Made by a program: the position numbers and the translations under genes. A stretch of DNA of 58,460 nucleotides from a virus (Duplodnaviria; Caudoviricetes): positions 1-58,460 of IMG/VR virus record IMGVR_UViG_3300028840_003750; one strand, 5' to 3'. Below, piece by piece: positions 1 to 8,605 of the stretch. The notes under the pieces are model-generated. The model ran no database searches. It was not told the origin of the DNA and was given only the letters and a program-made list of their open reading frames with translations. Numbering within the stretch: the stretch's first letter is position 1; the number at the start of each line of letters is the position of its first letter.

Positions 1-144
1 AATGCACCTCACCCTGTCTGGAGGCTAGCTGTGCCTGAAGACGAAGGATACTATTGCAGCTGTGGTCGCTTCGTGGTAGACAGCTTCTGTGATTCGTGTC
101 AGGGAGCCGACGAGCTGGAGGCTTGCAGTAGGACACCAGAGCAT
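1..144. repeat. Terminal direct repeat (circular overlap), copy 1
   Basis: Bases 1-144 are identical to 58317-58460, and ORFs run continuously across the join. Confidence 0.97.
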
Positions 145-294
145 GAGCAGCAGCTACTGTGTGATGCTAAAAACTTACCAGTACGGAATATAGATGACGT
201 ACTGAATGATTTAGCATGCGAAATGAAGAAAGACCTGGCAATTCCTAAGCTTGACAGCTGCACAAATGAAGAGCTATTAGAGGAGCTTTTATGA
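31..294 (+). CDS. Small Cys-rich (CxC...CxxC) hypothetical protein
   Basis: GTG start after GGAGG (20-24); overlaps the DnaA_C stop across the join and the next start (ATGA). Confidence 0.7.
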   Translation: MPEDEGYYCSCGRFVVDSFCDSCQGADELEACSRTPEHEQQLLCDAKNLPVRNIDDVLNDLACEMKKDLAIPKLDSCTNEELLEELL

Positions 295-638
295 AAGCCT
301 TTATAACAGGAAGCCATGCCTATGGTATTCCAACAATATTCAGTGATGTTGATCTAGGTGTGCTGGTAGATAAGAGCGTGGATACTCTGCTGTTTCAGCT
401 AGCTGAAGGTGATTCATCACTTGATCCGGAGCTAGGCCAGGAGAATGGCTATGGCGGTACTCTCAGGTTTGGCGATCTGAACCTAATCGCATTTACGAAG
501 CTTTGGGAATACGAAGCATGGCGAGCAGCAACAGAGCTGCTGTACCATTGGTCCTGCTACAATGGGCCGGTTTCCAGGGAGCTGGCCATTGAGACAATCA
601 AAACGGAAAAGAAAAGACGATGCCAAAACGATCACTAG
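291..638 (+). CDS. Minimal Pol-beta-superfamily nucleotidyltransferase
   Basis: ITGSHAYG...SDVDL matches the hG[GS]x9-13DhD signature; AGGAG RBS. Confidence 0.7.
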   Translation: MKAFITGSHAYGIPTIFSDVDLGVLVDKSVDTLLFQLAEGDSSLDPELGQENGYGGTLRFGDLNLIAFTKLWEYEAWRAATELLYHWSCYNGPVSRELAIETIKTEKKRRCQNDH

Positions 639-2065
639 TAGTCGACATTGCCGCAGTGTTTGCCCGTAACTGGGCTATTCAAAAGGCGAAAGATCAGCCT
701 GAAAAAGCCAAGGAGAAAACCATTGAGCATATCGAGAATGTGTCAGATGGTGAGGATATCAAGATCCTAGCCTGCGATTGTCGTGGACCATATTGGAGGC
801 AAGTCGAAGAGCGTGGCGGATGGATTTCGTATAAGGGGAACCGTGAGCCCAAGAGCGATGAGTACAAGGAGATCCTTCGAGCCACAGCGAAAGAGCTTAA
901 GGCCCGAGGTTTTACTGTGCTATCGCACGATCTGTATGAGGCAGATGACATCTGTGCTACCATTGCAGATCAGGCAGAAGATCTAGGGATCAATGTTCGG
1001 CTGGTTACATCCGATAAGGACATCATGCAATGTCTCAGAACACCACAGGCTACGGCTGGACACGTCGACCTGATCAACGTGGCAACAACAGCTGAAGGCA
1101 ATCCGCTTTGGACTGCTGGTCGATGGTTCGAAGAGACGGGAATCAAACCGGAAGAGGTGCCTGTTTATCTCGGGCTGATTGGAGATACATGTGACGGTCT
1201 TGGTGGTGTCTCTGGGATTGGTAAGAAAACAGCCATAGGGATCATCAAAAAGGCTAGATCTAATCTCAAAGAAAAGATCGAGTCTGGGGATCATGTTCCC
1301 TATGTCATAGCAACTGATCTAACTGTTGCAGATATGACTGATAAGCAATGGGATAGACTCCAGACAACTGGGGAGGTAGAAAAAGATGGCACCATTGTTT
1401 TACCGGACTTCTACCATCAGGTAGAGCTGAACACTCTTACCACCAATGTTCCCATAGATGTAAAGGCAGCAATCGAAGGGCGTAAACCAGTGCAGCAGTC
1501 AAGCAAGACTGCTGCCAAAGATACCAGCGAAAAGCAACCTGGTAAAGAGGACGATATCCAGGATACCTCTCAACCTGTCAAGCTAGCACAGCCAGAGCCA
1601 TTGAAGCTGCCAGAGTCACCCAATCTCGAAGCTGGTTTGCTAGTAGCTCAAAAAGCTGTTGAGCCGATTGGTTTCGATGGGTGGAACGATCGTCAAAAGT
1701 ATAGCTACTCTTCAGCTTATGCTATTCAGCAAGCATGCGCTAAAGCATTGGTAGCAGCTGGATTGCTTGTTCGCCGCTACACATGGCGATACGATCAGCA
1801 ATCGCAAATGGTTATCTCGTATATCAAGGTTAGTCACCCTGCCAGCGGAGAGCATGAGTATCATGAGCTACCGTTCCCAGTAATAGAAAACAAGGGCCGA
1901 CCATTTGATAAAGCGCTCAATGCAGCACTGACAACTTCATGGGGTTTTTGGCTCCTTGGATTCCTTAACCTTGCCCGCAAGGATCAAGAGGAGGTTTGCG
2001 GGCGAGACGATCAAGACTACCAGCCACAGCAGGGAGATAAGTGGCATAACAGACAATACGATTGA
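620..2065 (+). CDS. 5'-3' exonuclease (PolI-N/T5-FEN family) fused to a C-terminal ERF-like ssDNA-annealing domain
   Basis: FEN motifs VVD, YKGNR, EADD, SDKD, GDTCD and GVSGIGKKTA in about aa 1-280, a P/Q/K-rich linker, then ERF-like YSYSSAYAIQQACAKALVAAGL...ALNAALTT. Confidence 0.75.
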   Translation: MPKRSLVVDIAAVFARNWAIQKAKDQPEKAKEKTIEHIENVSDGEDIKILACDCRGPYWRQVEERGGWISYKGNREPKSDEYKEILRATAKELKARGFTVLSHDLYEADDICATIADQAEDLGINVRLVTSDKDIMQCLRTPQATAGHVDLINVATTAEGNPLWTAGRWFEETGIKPEEVPVYLGLIGDTCDGLGGVSGIGKKTAIGIIKKARSNLKEKIESGDHVPYVIATDLTVADMTDKQWDRLQTTGEVEKDGTIVLPDFYHQVELNTLTTNVPIDVKAAIEGRKPVQQSSKTAAKDTSEKQPGKEDDIQDTSQPVKLAQPEPLKLPESPNLEAGLLVAQKAVEPIGFDGWNDRQKYSYSSAYAIQQACAKALVAAGLLVRRYTWRYDQQSQMVISYIKVSHPASGEHEYHELPFPVIENKGRPFDKALNAALTTSWGFWLLGFLNLARKDQEEVCGRDDQDYQPQQGDKWHNRQYD

Positions 2066-2350
2066 GGAGGTGATGACTATGCGGTAGGTCAATCACTGTG
2101 TTCGATGCGAGGCAGCAAGGGTGCTAGCTGCATTCTAATGAGAAGTGACCAAGGCACATAGAACGAGCACTGGTGGAGTCACAGCCAGGGAGTCAACGCC
2201 AATACCAGATTGGAGTGATATAAGCAGGGAAACCGTAATCGTTTGCAGCGATAGGCTGATCAAGGAGCGAGTGTTCTCGCGTCAGCTGAATCCAGGAAAC
2301 TGGACCCAAACCCCTGTACAGGTAATGCTGTTAGGGGGTTATGGGTCAGA
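2066..2350 (+). ncRNA. Candidate structured non-coding RNA
   Basis: Consecutive stems: GTGATGAC/GTCAATCAC, GTGTTCG/CGAGCAC, GCAGC/GCTGC, GCTGA..GCGAG-TGTT-CTCGC..TCAGC, TCCAG-GAAA-CTGGA and GACCCA-AACCCCT..AGGGGTT-TGGGTC. Confidence 0.5.
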
Positions 2351-2952
2351 GCATGAGTGATCTAACTAAGCAGCTTGATATGCAAATGTGGGATCCTTCA
2401 TTTCAACAGATGGCAGATCAACAAGCTGGCGATCCACCAGACTTAAAACCAAAGCAAAAGAAAATGGCAGACGGACTCAATCGTGTAATTCTTCTCGGAA
2501 ACCTGGGCGCAGATCCTGAGCTTCGCTATACGCAAGGCGGTACAGCTGTGCTCAATCTACGCCTTGCCACAAGCGAGACATACGTAAGCGACGGGAACAA
2601 GAAGCAACGCACAGAATGGCACAACGTTGTTGTATGGGCAAAACGAGCCGAAGGGCTTAGTAGAATACTTTCCAAAGGTGATAGGATTCTAGTCGAGGGA
2701 TCGATCAGAACCAGCAGCTACGAGTCTCGAGATGGTAGCGGAAAACGTTACAAGACAGAGATTCACGTTAGCAATGTGGTTCTTAGCGGTGGTAATGGGA
2801 GCAACCAACAGCAGCAGCCACCACAGCAGCAAGCCAAAGGTAATCGTCGTCCACCACAGCAGCAAGCCAAAGGTAATCGTCGTCAACCGAAGCAGCAGCC
2901 CGTTGAAGATGCTGACTTTGATTCAGAGGATTACGATGACATCCCGTTCTAA
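2341..2952 (+). CDS. ssb: Single-stranded DNA-binding protein (core starts at ATG 2464)
   Basis: LNRVILLGNLGADPELRYT...TEWHNVVVW...VEGSIRTSSY OB-fold and acidic DDIPF tail. Confidence 0.95.
   Translation: MGQSMSDLTKQLDMQMWDPSFQQMADQQAGDPPDLKPKQKKMADGLNRVILLGNLGADPELRYTQGGTAVLNLRLATSETYVSDGNKKQRTEWHNVVVWAKRAEGLSRILSKGDRILVEGSIRTSSYESRDGSGKRYKTEIHVSNVVLSGGNGSNQQQQPPQQQAKGNRRPPQQQAKGNRRQPKQQPVEDADFDSEDYDDIPF
2818..2883 (+). repeat. Perfect 33-bp tandem duplication in the SSB linker (PPQQQAKGNRR x2)
   Basis: CCACCACAGCAGCAAGCCAAAGGTAATCGTCGT at 2818 and 2851. Confidence 0.95.
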
Positions 2953-3340
2953 GGTGTGCAATCAATGCGGTCAGCTAAGGCCGCTATCAGCGTACTATCG
3001 CCACAAGAAAACCTCTGACGGTTACCTGCACCAGTGCAAGCAATGCGTACGTAGCAGGGTACGCAGCAACACATTGAAGCGCAAGGGCGATAAGACCTGG
3101 CGAGCAGCTCGCACAGCTATTGATCGCAGATGGCGTTCTGCTAATCATGCTAAGGTTGCTGCTCATAGGGCGGTAAGACAAGCCCTGAGAAGTGGCAAGC
3201 TTCGCCAGGAACCATGTGCTGAATGTATAGCTGAAAAAACGCAGGCGCATCACGATGATTACAGCAAACCTCTAAGCGTGGTGTGGCTCTGTGCTAGCTG
3301 TCATGCGGCCAGGCACGCTAGGAAGCGCGAAGCAGCTTAA
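2936..3340 (+). CDS. HNH endonuclease with N-terminal zinc finger
   Basis: CNQC...CKQC, CAEC, AHHDDYSKPLSVVWLCASCH; start refined to ATG 2936. Confidence 0.85.
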   Translation: MTSRSKVCNQCGQLRPLSAYYRHKKTSDGYLHQCKQCVRSRVRSNTLKRKGDKTWRAARTAIDRRWRSANHAKVAAHRAVRQALRSGKLRQEPCAECIAEKTQAHHDDYSKPLSVVWLCASCHAARHARKREAA

Positions 3341-3377
3341 GTCTACCGGCTAAGTAGCTGAAACTGCTAGGCTTTCA

Positions 3378-3441
3378 GAAAAAGTTGCAGCTCATGTAGT
3401 TTTTTTCTTGCATCGTTCTTGACAGATGCTAGATTAGCCAC
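3378..3441 (+). promoter_or_regulatory. Early sigma70-like promoter, copy 1
   Basis: A-tract/T-tract, TTGCAT(3408)-16-TAGATT(3430) with an extended TG. Confidence 0.65.
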
Positions 3442-3636
3442 ATGAGGCAAAGTCAAGTAGTCATTGGCCATGAGTATGAGTGCAAAGTTTCTGGGAACCT
3501 TGTCATTGTCAAGGTGCTAGAAAAGGTTGAGTGCTCTTGGAGCAGAAAGAAGACAAGGTTTAGGGTGGCCCTTTCCAGCACTGGAAAGGTGCTTCCTAAG
3601 CTCCGAACAGCAGCCGCTTTAAGAAAGCTTTGGTAG
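3442..3636 (+). CDS. Hypothetical early protein
   Basis: ORF directly after the promoter (possibly leaderless). Confidence 0.7.
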   Translation: MRQSQVVIGHEYECKVSGNLVIVKVLEKVECSWSRKKTRFRVALSSTGKVLPKLRTAAALRKLW

Positions 3637-3651
3637 GAAAGGAAACGTAAC

Positions 3652-4062
3652 ATGAGCACAGCTAGAATCGTCTGGGAGCAAACAAGGGCCAGCGGAAGGC
3701 GTACTTCGTGGGCCAAGTGGTTCACCGATCTTGCACTTTCTAAGGGCGCAAAAGCATTTATTGGTGGCGAGTATCTCAAGGATGGTGTTGAAACCGATCT
3801 TGAGATTGGTACTCTTGTTGTTGAGGTAGTACCAACTGGAAGCGTAAAAAATGGTAGCAATGAAGCACGTATATACCGTGTTTCAGCAGATGGTTTGGAG
3901 CGCACAGGTGTTGAGGTAGACTATAACACAAGGTGGTTGACCCTCAAAGATGAGGTGATAAGACTAATGGCAGAAGAGACATTAGCAGAAAAAGACAATC
4001 CACTAGCTGAGTTTTCTGTTGACGATCTGCTAGCCGAGCTACGCCGGAGAAATGCTATCTAA
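3652..4062 (+). CDS. Hypothetical early protein
   Basis: AGGA RBS; 136-aa ORF. Confidence 0.8.
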   Translation: MSTARIVWEQTRASGRRTSWAKWFTDLALSKGAKAFIGGEYLKDGVETDLEIGTLVVEVVPTGSVKNGSNEARIYRVSADGLERTGVEVDYNTRWLTLKDEVIRLMAEETLAEKDNPLAEFSVDDLLAELRRRNAI

Positions 4063-4170
4063 CTCTGACTACTTCGCCATGGTGAAACGCGAGCGCAGCT
4101 GTCGTTCTAGGCGGATGTTTCTCACGTTGATCATACTGCTGTCACTGCTAGCTCTAGAAAGGATGGGAGC

Positions 4171-4521
4171 GTGCAAGATCGAGGGTACTTCGCCTGCTGT
4201 CTCCGAACAGCACGGCTAGCAGCTGGCCTACAGCAGCGTGAGCTAGCCAATCTGTCACAGATCCAGCAGCACAACGTGGCTGAGGCTGAGTCTGGTAGGG
4301 TGGCTCTGCAAGAGTCTACCCTAGCACGCTATGCCAGAGTGCTAGGGCTCAGCCTGCCTGACCTAGTCTCGCCGGCTAGGCTGGAGCAGCGTCTAGCCGA
4401 GCTGGAGCAGCTAGATCTGGACGATGTCCCGACGGCCAACGGGGTCAGGTTTCGGCTCAGGCAGGAGATCGACGCTGCCATTGACCAGGGACGCTACTGG
4501 CTAAGTCTGAAGAAACGTTGA
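4171..4521 (+). CDS. XRE-family HTH transcriptional regulator
   Basis: LRTARLAAGLQQRELA...VAEAESG...TLARYARVLG. Confidence 0.85.
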   Translation: MQDRGYFACCLRTARLAAGLQQRELANLSQIQQHNVAEAESGRVALQESTLARYARVLGLSLPDLVSPARLEQRLAELEQLDLDDVPTANGVRFRLRQEIDAAIDQGRYWLSLKKR

Positions 4522-4537
4522 GCTTTTTAGGTAGCCA

Positions 4538-4622
4538 GAAAAAAAGTTGAAAAAGTTTCTCTTTTTTCTTGCATCAGCCTGAGCAGCTGCTAAGATGTAT
4601 GTAGTTAGCAAGGAGATAGCAG
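4538..4622 (+). promoter_or_regulatory. Early sigma70-like promoter plus RBS, copy 2
   Basis: TTGCAT(4569)-16-TAAGAT(4591), then AAGGAGATAGCAGATG; 31-bp core identical to 8189-8219. Confidence 0.8.
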
Positions 4623-4892
4623 ATGAACACAGCAGCCACCATCAAGACTCACACCATCGAGCCCAGCGCCAATTACAGTTGCCAGACATGGCACACCTTC
4701 GAGGTAACCGTTGGACGTAAGCTCTACCACGCCGAGGTGCTGGTGTCTGACCTAGGGAAAAAACTCTACCCCATCACCTACAACTGTTACCGCGATGGTG
4801 GGTCCAACCAGACTCCCCGGGGTAGCCAGGTTCGCCGCACTATCGAAGCTGCCTGCAACGCTGCTGCTACCGACAAGGTACGCGAGAGGTAG
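4623..4892 (+). CDS. Hypothetical early protein
   Basis: Follows the promoter and AAGGAG RBS. Confidence 0.8.
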   Translation: MNTAATIKTHTIEPSANYSCQTWHTFEVTVGRKLYHAEVLVSDLGKKLYPITYNCYRDGGSNQTPRGSQVRRTIEAACNAAATDKVRER

Positions 4893-4932
4893 GCCCGAGC
4901 GGCAAGCTAATTCGCAAACGACAGGTGCAAGC

Positions 4933-5187
4933 ATGAACACCTACCTCAACCTGATACTTAACCCCGCTGGCCAGCCCGTGGAAGCCAATGTGAGCCACCT
5001 ACCAGCCCACAAGCTGCCTCCCGTTCGCTACCGCACCGGCGTCCACACTCACCAGCAGCTCGTCGAGATCGACGACTGCCGCACCCTAGCCGAGGCGCAC
5101 GAAGCTGCTCGCCAGCTGTGTAAGAGCTGGGACCTTGACCATGTGCTCGAGCTGCTAGACAACCACACACCTAGTTCAGCCGCTTAG
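4933..5187 (+). CDS. Hypothetical protein
   Basis: Start refined to ATG 4933 after AGGTG. Confidence 0.6.
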   Translation: MNTYLNLILNPAGQPVEANVSHLPAHKLPPVRYRTGVHTHQQLVEIDDCRTLAEAHEAARQLCKSWDLDHVLELLDNHTPSSAA

Positions 5188-5193
5188 AATCCA

Positions 5194-5382
5194 ATGGCAC
5201 AGCTAACCGTTTATACACGTTTACGATCTGGTTATACCAGGACCTATTTAGCACCTAACCATAAGGTGCTAGAATATTGCCTGCGTCTAAGCAAGGATCC
5301 TAATTGCCAGCAAATAATCGCAACCACCACTTGGTGGATTTGGGAACGCGGATATCATGACACAGCTAACCGTCAAAGCTAA
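5194..5382 (+). CDS. Hypothetical protein
   Basis: Fills the gap; its start MAQLTV nearly duplicates MTQLTV of the next gene. Confidence 0.5.
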   Translation: MAQLTVYTRLRSGYTRTYLAPNHKVLEYCLRLSKDPNCQQIIATTTWWIWERGYHDTANRQS

Positions 5383-6964
5383 AGACCTGCTACCCGGAGA
5401 CACTCTGCTCGACAGCTCGAACGAGCCTGTTAAGGGCGACTTTGGGAGCTTCTTCTGCTGTCTCGGCTCTCGTGAGGTAACCATTGAGCGTGACGAGCAG
5501 CAGCAAGCTGTTGAGACCTACGAGATCCCTAAGTATCGCATGGATCATCTTCGCTCCAAGGTCAAACGCTACAGGCGCCGAGCCGAAAAGCTCGGGCTCG
5601 AGCCCTTCGTGCTGGTCGAAGAAGAGCCTGTGCAGCGCCCGATCTATGCTCCCGAAAAGCTGAGGCAAGCAAAGTGGATCATCGGCTATCAGCTGGTGGT
5701 ACCTGTGCAGCTCATCGGCAATGCTCCAATACTTAGCGGTTGGCAATTCGTTGCCAAGATTGAGCACACTGAAGCTGGAAATATCATCTCATGTGCGCCG
5801 AGCTATCACGATCGGAATGTGGTGCCAAACGAGATGAGAGATGGTAAGCCAACCTGCGACCATTGCCACACGAGCCGCCGACGCAAGGAGACTTTCGTTG
5901 TGTGTAAGATAGGAGACGAGCTAGCTACACCTCTCGAAGAGCTTAACGGAATCGGTAGTACACCTCTTGCAACCGAGGTATATAAGGATGGTATGCTAAA
6001 GCGTGTAGGTCGCAGCTGTCTCAAAGACTTCTGCGGAACCAAAGATGCCGCTGCTGCCGTAGCTATCTGGTCACTGCTAGAAGATGTGAAGCTAGCCTCA
6101 GATCCGGATAGCGATTGGGGAGACTGCGGAAGCTGGGCTATCCACCCTGAAACAACCCACTACATCGCTTGTGCCTTCCGAGCCGTCCGTACGCTCGGAT
6201 GGGTAAGCTCAAAAGGCACCTTCTTTGGTGGCCCGAGGCCGACTAAGGACGAAGCTTCTTTTGCTGCTACGCCGCTATCACCTCTCGTTCAGGACGAGAA
6301 AGAAAAAGCAGCCTGGAAGGAAGCGCAGCCAACAGACCTTGACAAGCGCGAAGCTGCCGATGCTGTAGCTTGGGCTAAGTCGCTGGACGGAAGCAATGAC
6401 TATCAGCACAATCTCAAGGTAGCCGTGTCAATCGACTTTGCCGAGCACAAGCGCTACGGGCTGCTAGCTAGCCTTGTGGTAGCATACCGCCGCCACCTTG
6501 ATCAGGAGATCGAGCGTGCGCGCGTCAAAAAGCTAGGCGAAGGTAGCAATCACTTCGGTAAGGTTGGGCGAAGGTATGTACGCAAAGTAACCCTGCAGAA
6601 GTACTTTCAATGGGAGGATAGATACAGCTTCGAGCTTCGATGCGTGCACACGTTCGAAGATGAGGATGGCAATCTGCTCAAGTGGTTTGGGTATCCTCGC
6701 ACAATCTACCTTCCAGCTCCCGATCCGGAGCCTGGATTAACCGAGCAGCAGAGGCGACATCATGAGCTAACCGCCAATGGTAAAGAGCTTGAGATTGGCG
6801 ATAGCTGCTGGCTATCGTTCACCGTCAAGCGACATGGTGAATACAAGGACACCAAAGACACCACGATCTATCGCTGCCGTACAGCAAGCGGACCAGATGT
6901 CTACAAGTGGCTCGGGCCAGACGGCGAGATATTCAAAACCAAGAAGGAGATGAAAGCGGCATGA
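5357..6964 (+). CDS. Large hypothetical phage protein (CDHC...C zinc site, OB-like C-terminus)
   Basis: 535-aa ORF; CDHCHTSRRRK...VGRSCLKDF; C-terminal FTVKRHGEYKDTKDT. Confidence 0.75.
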   Translation: MTQLTVKAKDLLPGDTLLDSSNEPVKGDFGSFFCCLGSREVTIERDEQQQAVETYEIPKYRMDHLRSKVKRYRRRAEKLGLEPFVLVEEEPVQRPIYAPEKLRQAKWIIGYQLVVPVQLIGNAPILSGWQFVAKIEHTEAGNIISCAPSYHDRNVVPNEMRDGKPTCDHCHTSRRRKETFVVCKIGDELATPLEELNGIGSTPLATEVYKDGMLKRVGRSCLKDFCGTKDAAAAVAIWSLLEDVKLASDPDSDWGDCGSWAIHPETTHYIACAFRAVRTLGWVSSKGTFFGGPRPTKDEASFAATPLSPLVQDEKEKAAWKEAQPTDLDKREAADAVAWAKSLDGSNDYQHNLKVAVSIDFAEHKRYGLLASLVVAYRRHLDQEIERARVKKLGEGSNHFGKVGRRYVRKVTLQKYFQWEDRYSFELRCVHTFEDEDGNLLKWFGYPRTIYLPAPDPEPGLTEQQRRHHELTANGKELEIGDSCWLSFTVKRHGEYKDTKDTTIYRCRTASGPDVYKWLGPDGEIFKTKKEMKAA

Positions 6965-7149
6965 AACATCAAACTCATTACATAGTCCAGTCGGCAAAAG
7001 CACCTATGCCTAGCTCGTGTTTTGATGCCTATAACTACTATAGGCTAGCGGTGCTTGAGGTAGATTCTGATCTGTCTCAGGTATCTATGATCTCAACTCA
7101 TGCCCGTGGTTGCCATAGAGTAGTCCAAACATGTTTGCGAAAAGCTTAA
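6961..7149 (+). CDS. Hypothetical protein
   Basis: ATGA coupling; AAGGAG upstream. Confidence 0.6.
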   Translation: MKHQTHYIVQSAKAPMPSSCFDAYNYYRLAVLEVDSDLSQVSMISTHARGCHRVVQTCLRKA

Positions 7150-7211
7150 CTGGCAGATCGATACAATATGGGTTTCGAGACAATAGCTGACTTTATTGGT
7201 AGGAGATAGTC

Positions 7212-7523
7212 ATGATTATCGTTCAGGGATGGTACAGGAAGCGACCTGGTAAGCAGATCAGAGAAGCAAGTCAAAGCTCGATTGGAATCAGTAGGCTCGC
7301 TTCAACGCGCATAATGTCAAGGGAAGATGGCCTTGGACCTATGCAGGTTGTTATTAGCTTTACTTGTGGTGATGAGAATCTTAGGATCTCGATTCACCCA
7401 GAACAAGCTCGTGAGATTGCTAATGATCTGCTATCTCAGGCAAGGGAAGCTCAATCAATAAACGATGAAGATCGTATGCTCGCCAGCATGACTAATCCGA
7501 AAGGGTACGAGCTGGAGATATGA
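7212..7523 (+). CDS. Hypothetical protein
   Basis: AGGAG RBS. Confidence 0.75.
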   Translation: MIIVQGWYRKRPGKQIREASQSSIGISRLASTRIMSREDGLGPMQVVISFTCGDENLRISIHPEQAREIANDLLSQAREAQSINDEDRMLASMTNPKGYELEI

Positions 7524-7738
7524 CTCTGATAGAAACAACCATGGTAAGCTCGCCATGGTGCAGCTACTTCCGGCGCATCGTGGCTCTCGTTCGCGGTGTG
7601 CCTGTGGTGTTCGTGTCATGGCGTGAGAAGCCATGGGAGATCTACTCAGTAGACTCAACTGGACTAGAAGAGTTTGCCGGTTATACTTCGCCGAAGATGG
7701 CTAGGCGTCTCAACCTGTACGTGCAGATCGAGGTTTGA
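7520..7738 (+). CDS. Hypothetical protein
   Basis: ATGA coupling; GGAG RBS. Confidence 0.65.
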   Translation: MTLIETTMVSSPWCSYFRRIVALVRGVPVVFVSWREKPWEIYSVDSTGLEEFAGYTSPKMARRLNLYVQIEV

Positions 7739-7740
7739 TC

Positions 7741-8148
7741 ATGGGAGACTATCGAAAGCTGAGCTACCGTGGGAAGTGGTATCTCGTCAAGAAAACGCCG
7801 ATCATCTGTAGCACATGTACTGTCTACAGCTGCTGGGAAGAAAGCCCCAGCGGGGACTTGTTTCGTTACCCACATAGTACCCTGGCTAGCATCGATCACA
7901 GTACCCTGACGAGCATCGATGGTAAACCGGGTTGGTTGGGCTCAGTGTCTAGCAGAAGGCTTCCACTAGAGATCGACGATCTCCAGGGCGATGAGCGGAT
8001 CGAAGCCTGTAGAGCCTACCATAAAGCCAACTACAGCGAAGCCTACCAGGTGATCCTAGCTGCCTACCCCGAGGCTTCTGTCGGCGGCAAGCGCAGCATG
8101 GGTGAGATCAGAGTCTGGGGAGAAGCTGTAAGCTTCTGGAATTACTAG
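7741..8148 (+). CDS. Hypothetical protein with an 8-aa tandem repeat (HSTLASID/HSTLTSID)
   Basis: GAGG RBS; imperfect 24-bp tandem repeat at 7873-7920. Confidence 0.7.
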   Translation: MGDYRKLSYRGKWYLVKKTPIICSTCTVYSCWEESPSGDLFRYPHSTLASIDHSTLTSIDGKPGWLGSVSSRRLPLEIDDLQGDERIEACRAYHKANYSEAYQVILAAYPEASVGGKRSMGEIRVWGEAVSFWNY

Positions 8149-8164
8149 CTAAAATGGCTGGTGA

Positions 8165-8249
8165 GAAAAAAAGTTTCATCTGATGATGTTTTTTCTTGCA
8201 TCAGCCTGAGCAGCTGCTATGATGTAGGTAGCTACCAAGGAGATAGCAG
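8165..8249 (+). promoter_or_regulatory. Early sigma70-like promoter plus RBS, copy 3
   Basis: TTGCAT(8196)-16-TATGAT(8218); AAGGAGATAGCAGATG as in copy 2. Confidence 0.8.
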
Positions 8250-8465
8250 ATGCGACAATCAAGGCAGAAAATTAGGCAGGAGATCAAGGAACTAGAAGCT
8301 CTCCCAAACCCAACTCAGGATGATATCGACAGAATTTCGAAACTCTCAGATACTCTGGCCTTTGGATGGATGCTGGACCGCCGCAGTGCAGTGACTGGCC
8401 GCCTCCGGAGGAGGATCTCGGCTATCTTTGAGATGTATGAGGAAGCTGCTAAAGATGGCAGCTAG
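8250..8465 (+). CDS. Hypothetical early protein
   Basis: Follows the promoter and RBS. Confidence 0.75.
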   Translation: MRQSRQKIRQEIKELEALPNPTQDDIDRISKLSDTLAFGWMLDRRSAVTGRLRRRISAIFEMYEEAAKDGS

Positions 8466-8470
8466 GCACC

Positions 8471-8605
8471 ATGATGGATGCAGCCGAGAGTAACTCAGAT
8501 GTCACTATCAAAGATGCTGTTGACATCGCTGCTGAAGCAGCTGATGATGCTATCTTTGAGCTGTACGAGGAGGCTGCCAAGGTAGCAGCTAGACACTATG
8601 ACTGA
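8471..8605 (+). CDS. 44-aa acidic protein sharing the AIFExYEEAAK tail with the upstream gene
   Basis: Hand-translated as MMDAAESNSD...AIFELYEEAAKVAARHYD; not in the ORF track. Confidence 0.5.
   Translation: MMDAAESNSDVTIKDAVDIAAEAADDAIFELYEEAAKVAARHYD

Noticed and set aside
1-144. Biological direct terminal repeat
   Set aside because: It falls mid-gene and is best explained as assembly overlap of a circular or permuted genome; it cannot be called a physical end without reads.
2303-2348. TPP riboswitch (CAGGTAATGCTG resembles its P5 loop)
   Set aside because: No CTGAGA pyrimidine-sensor motif upstream and no thiamine-related gene.
2936-3340. HNH as part of an intron or intein
   Set aside because: Flanking ssb is intact with its DDIPF end; the HNH is free-standing.
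4079-4219. 46-aa signal-peptide-like ORF before the XRE gene
   Set aside because: No clear RBS and it overlaps the XRE ORF; insufficient support.
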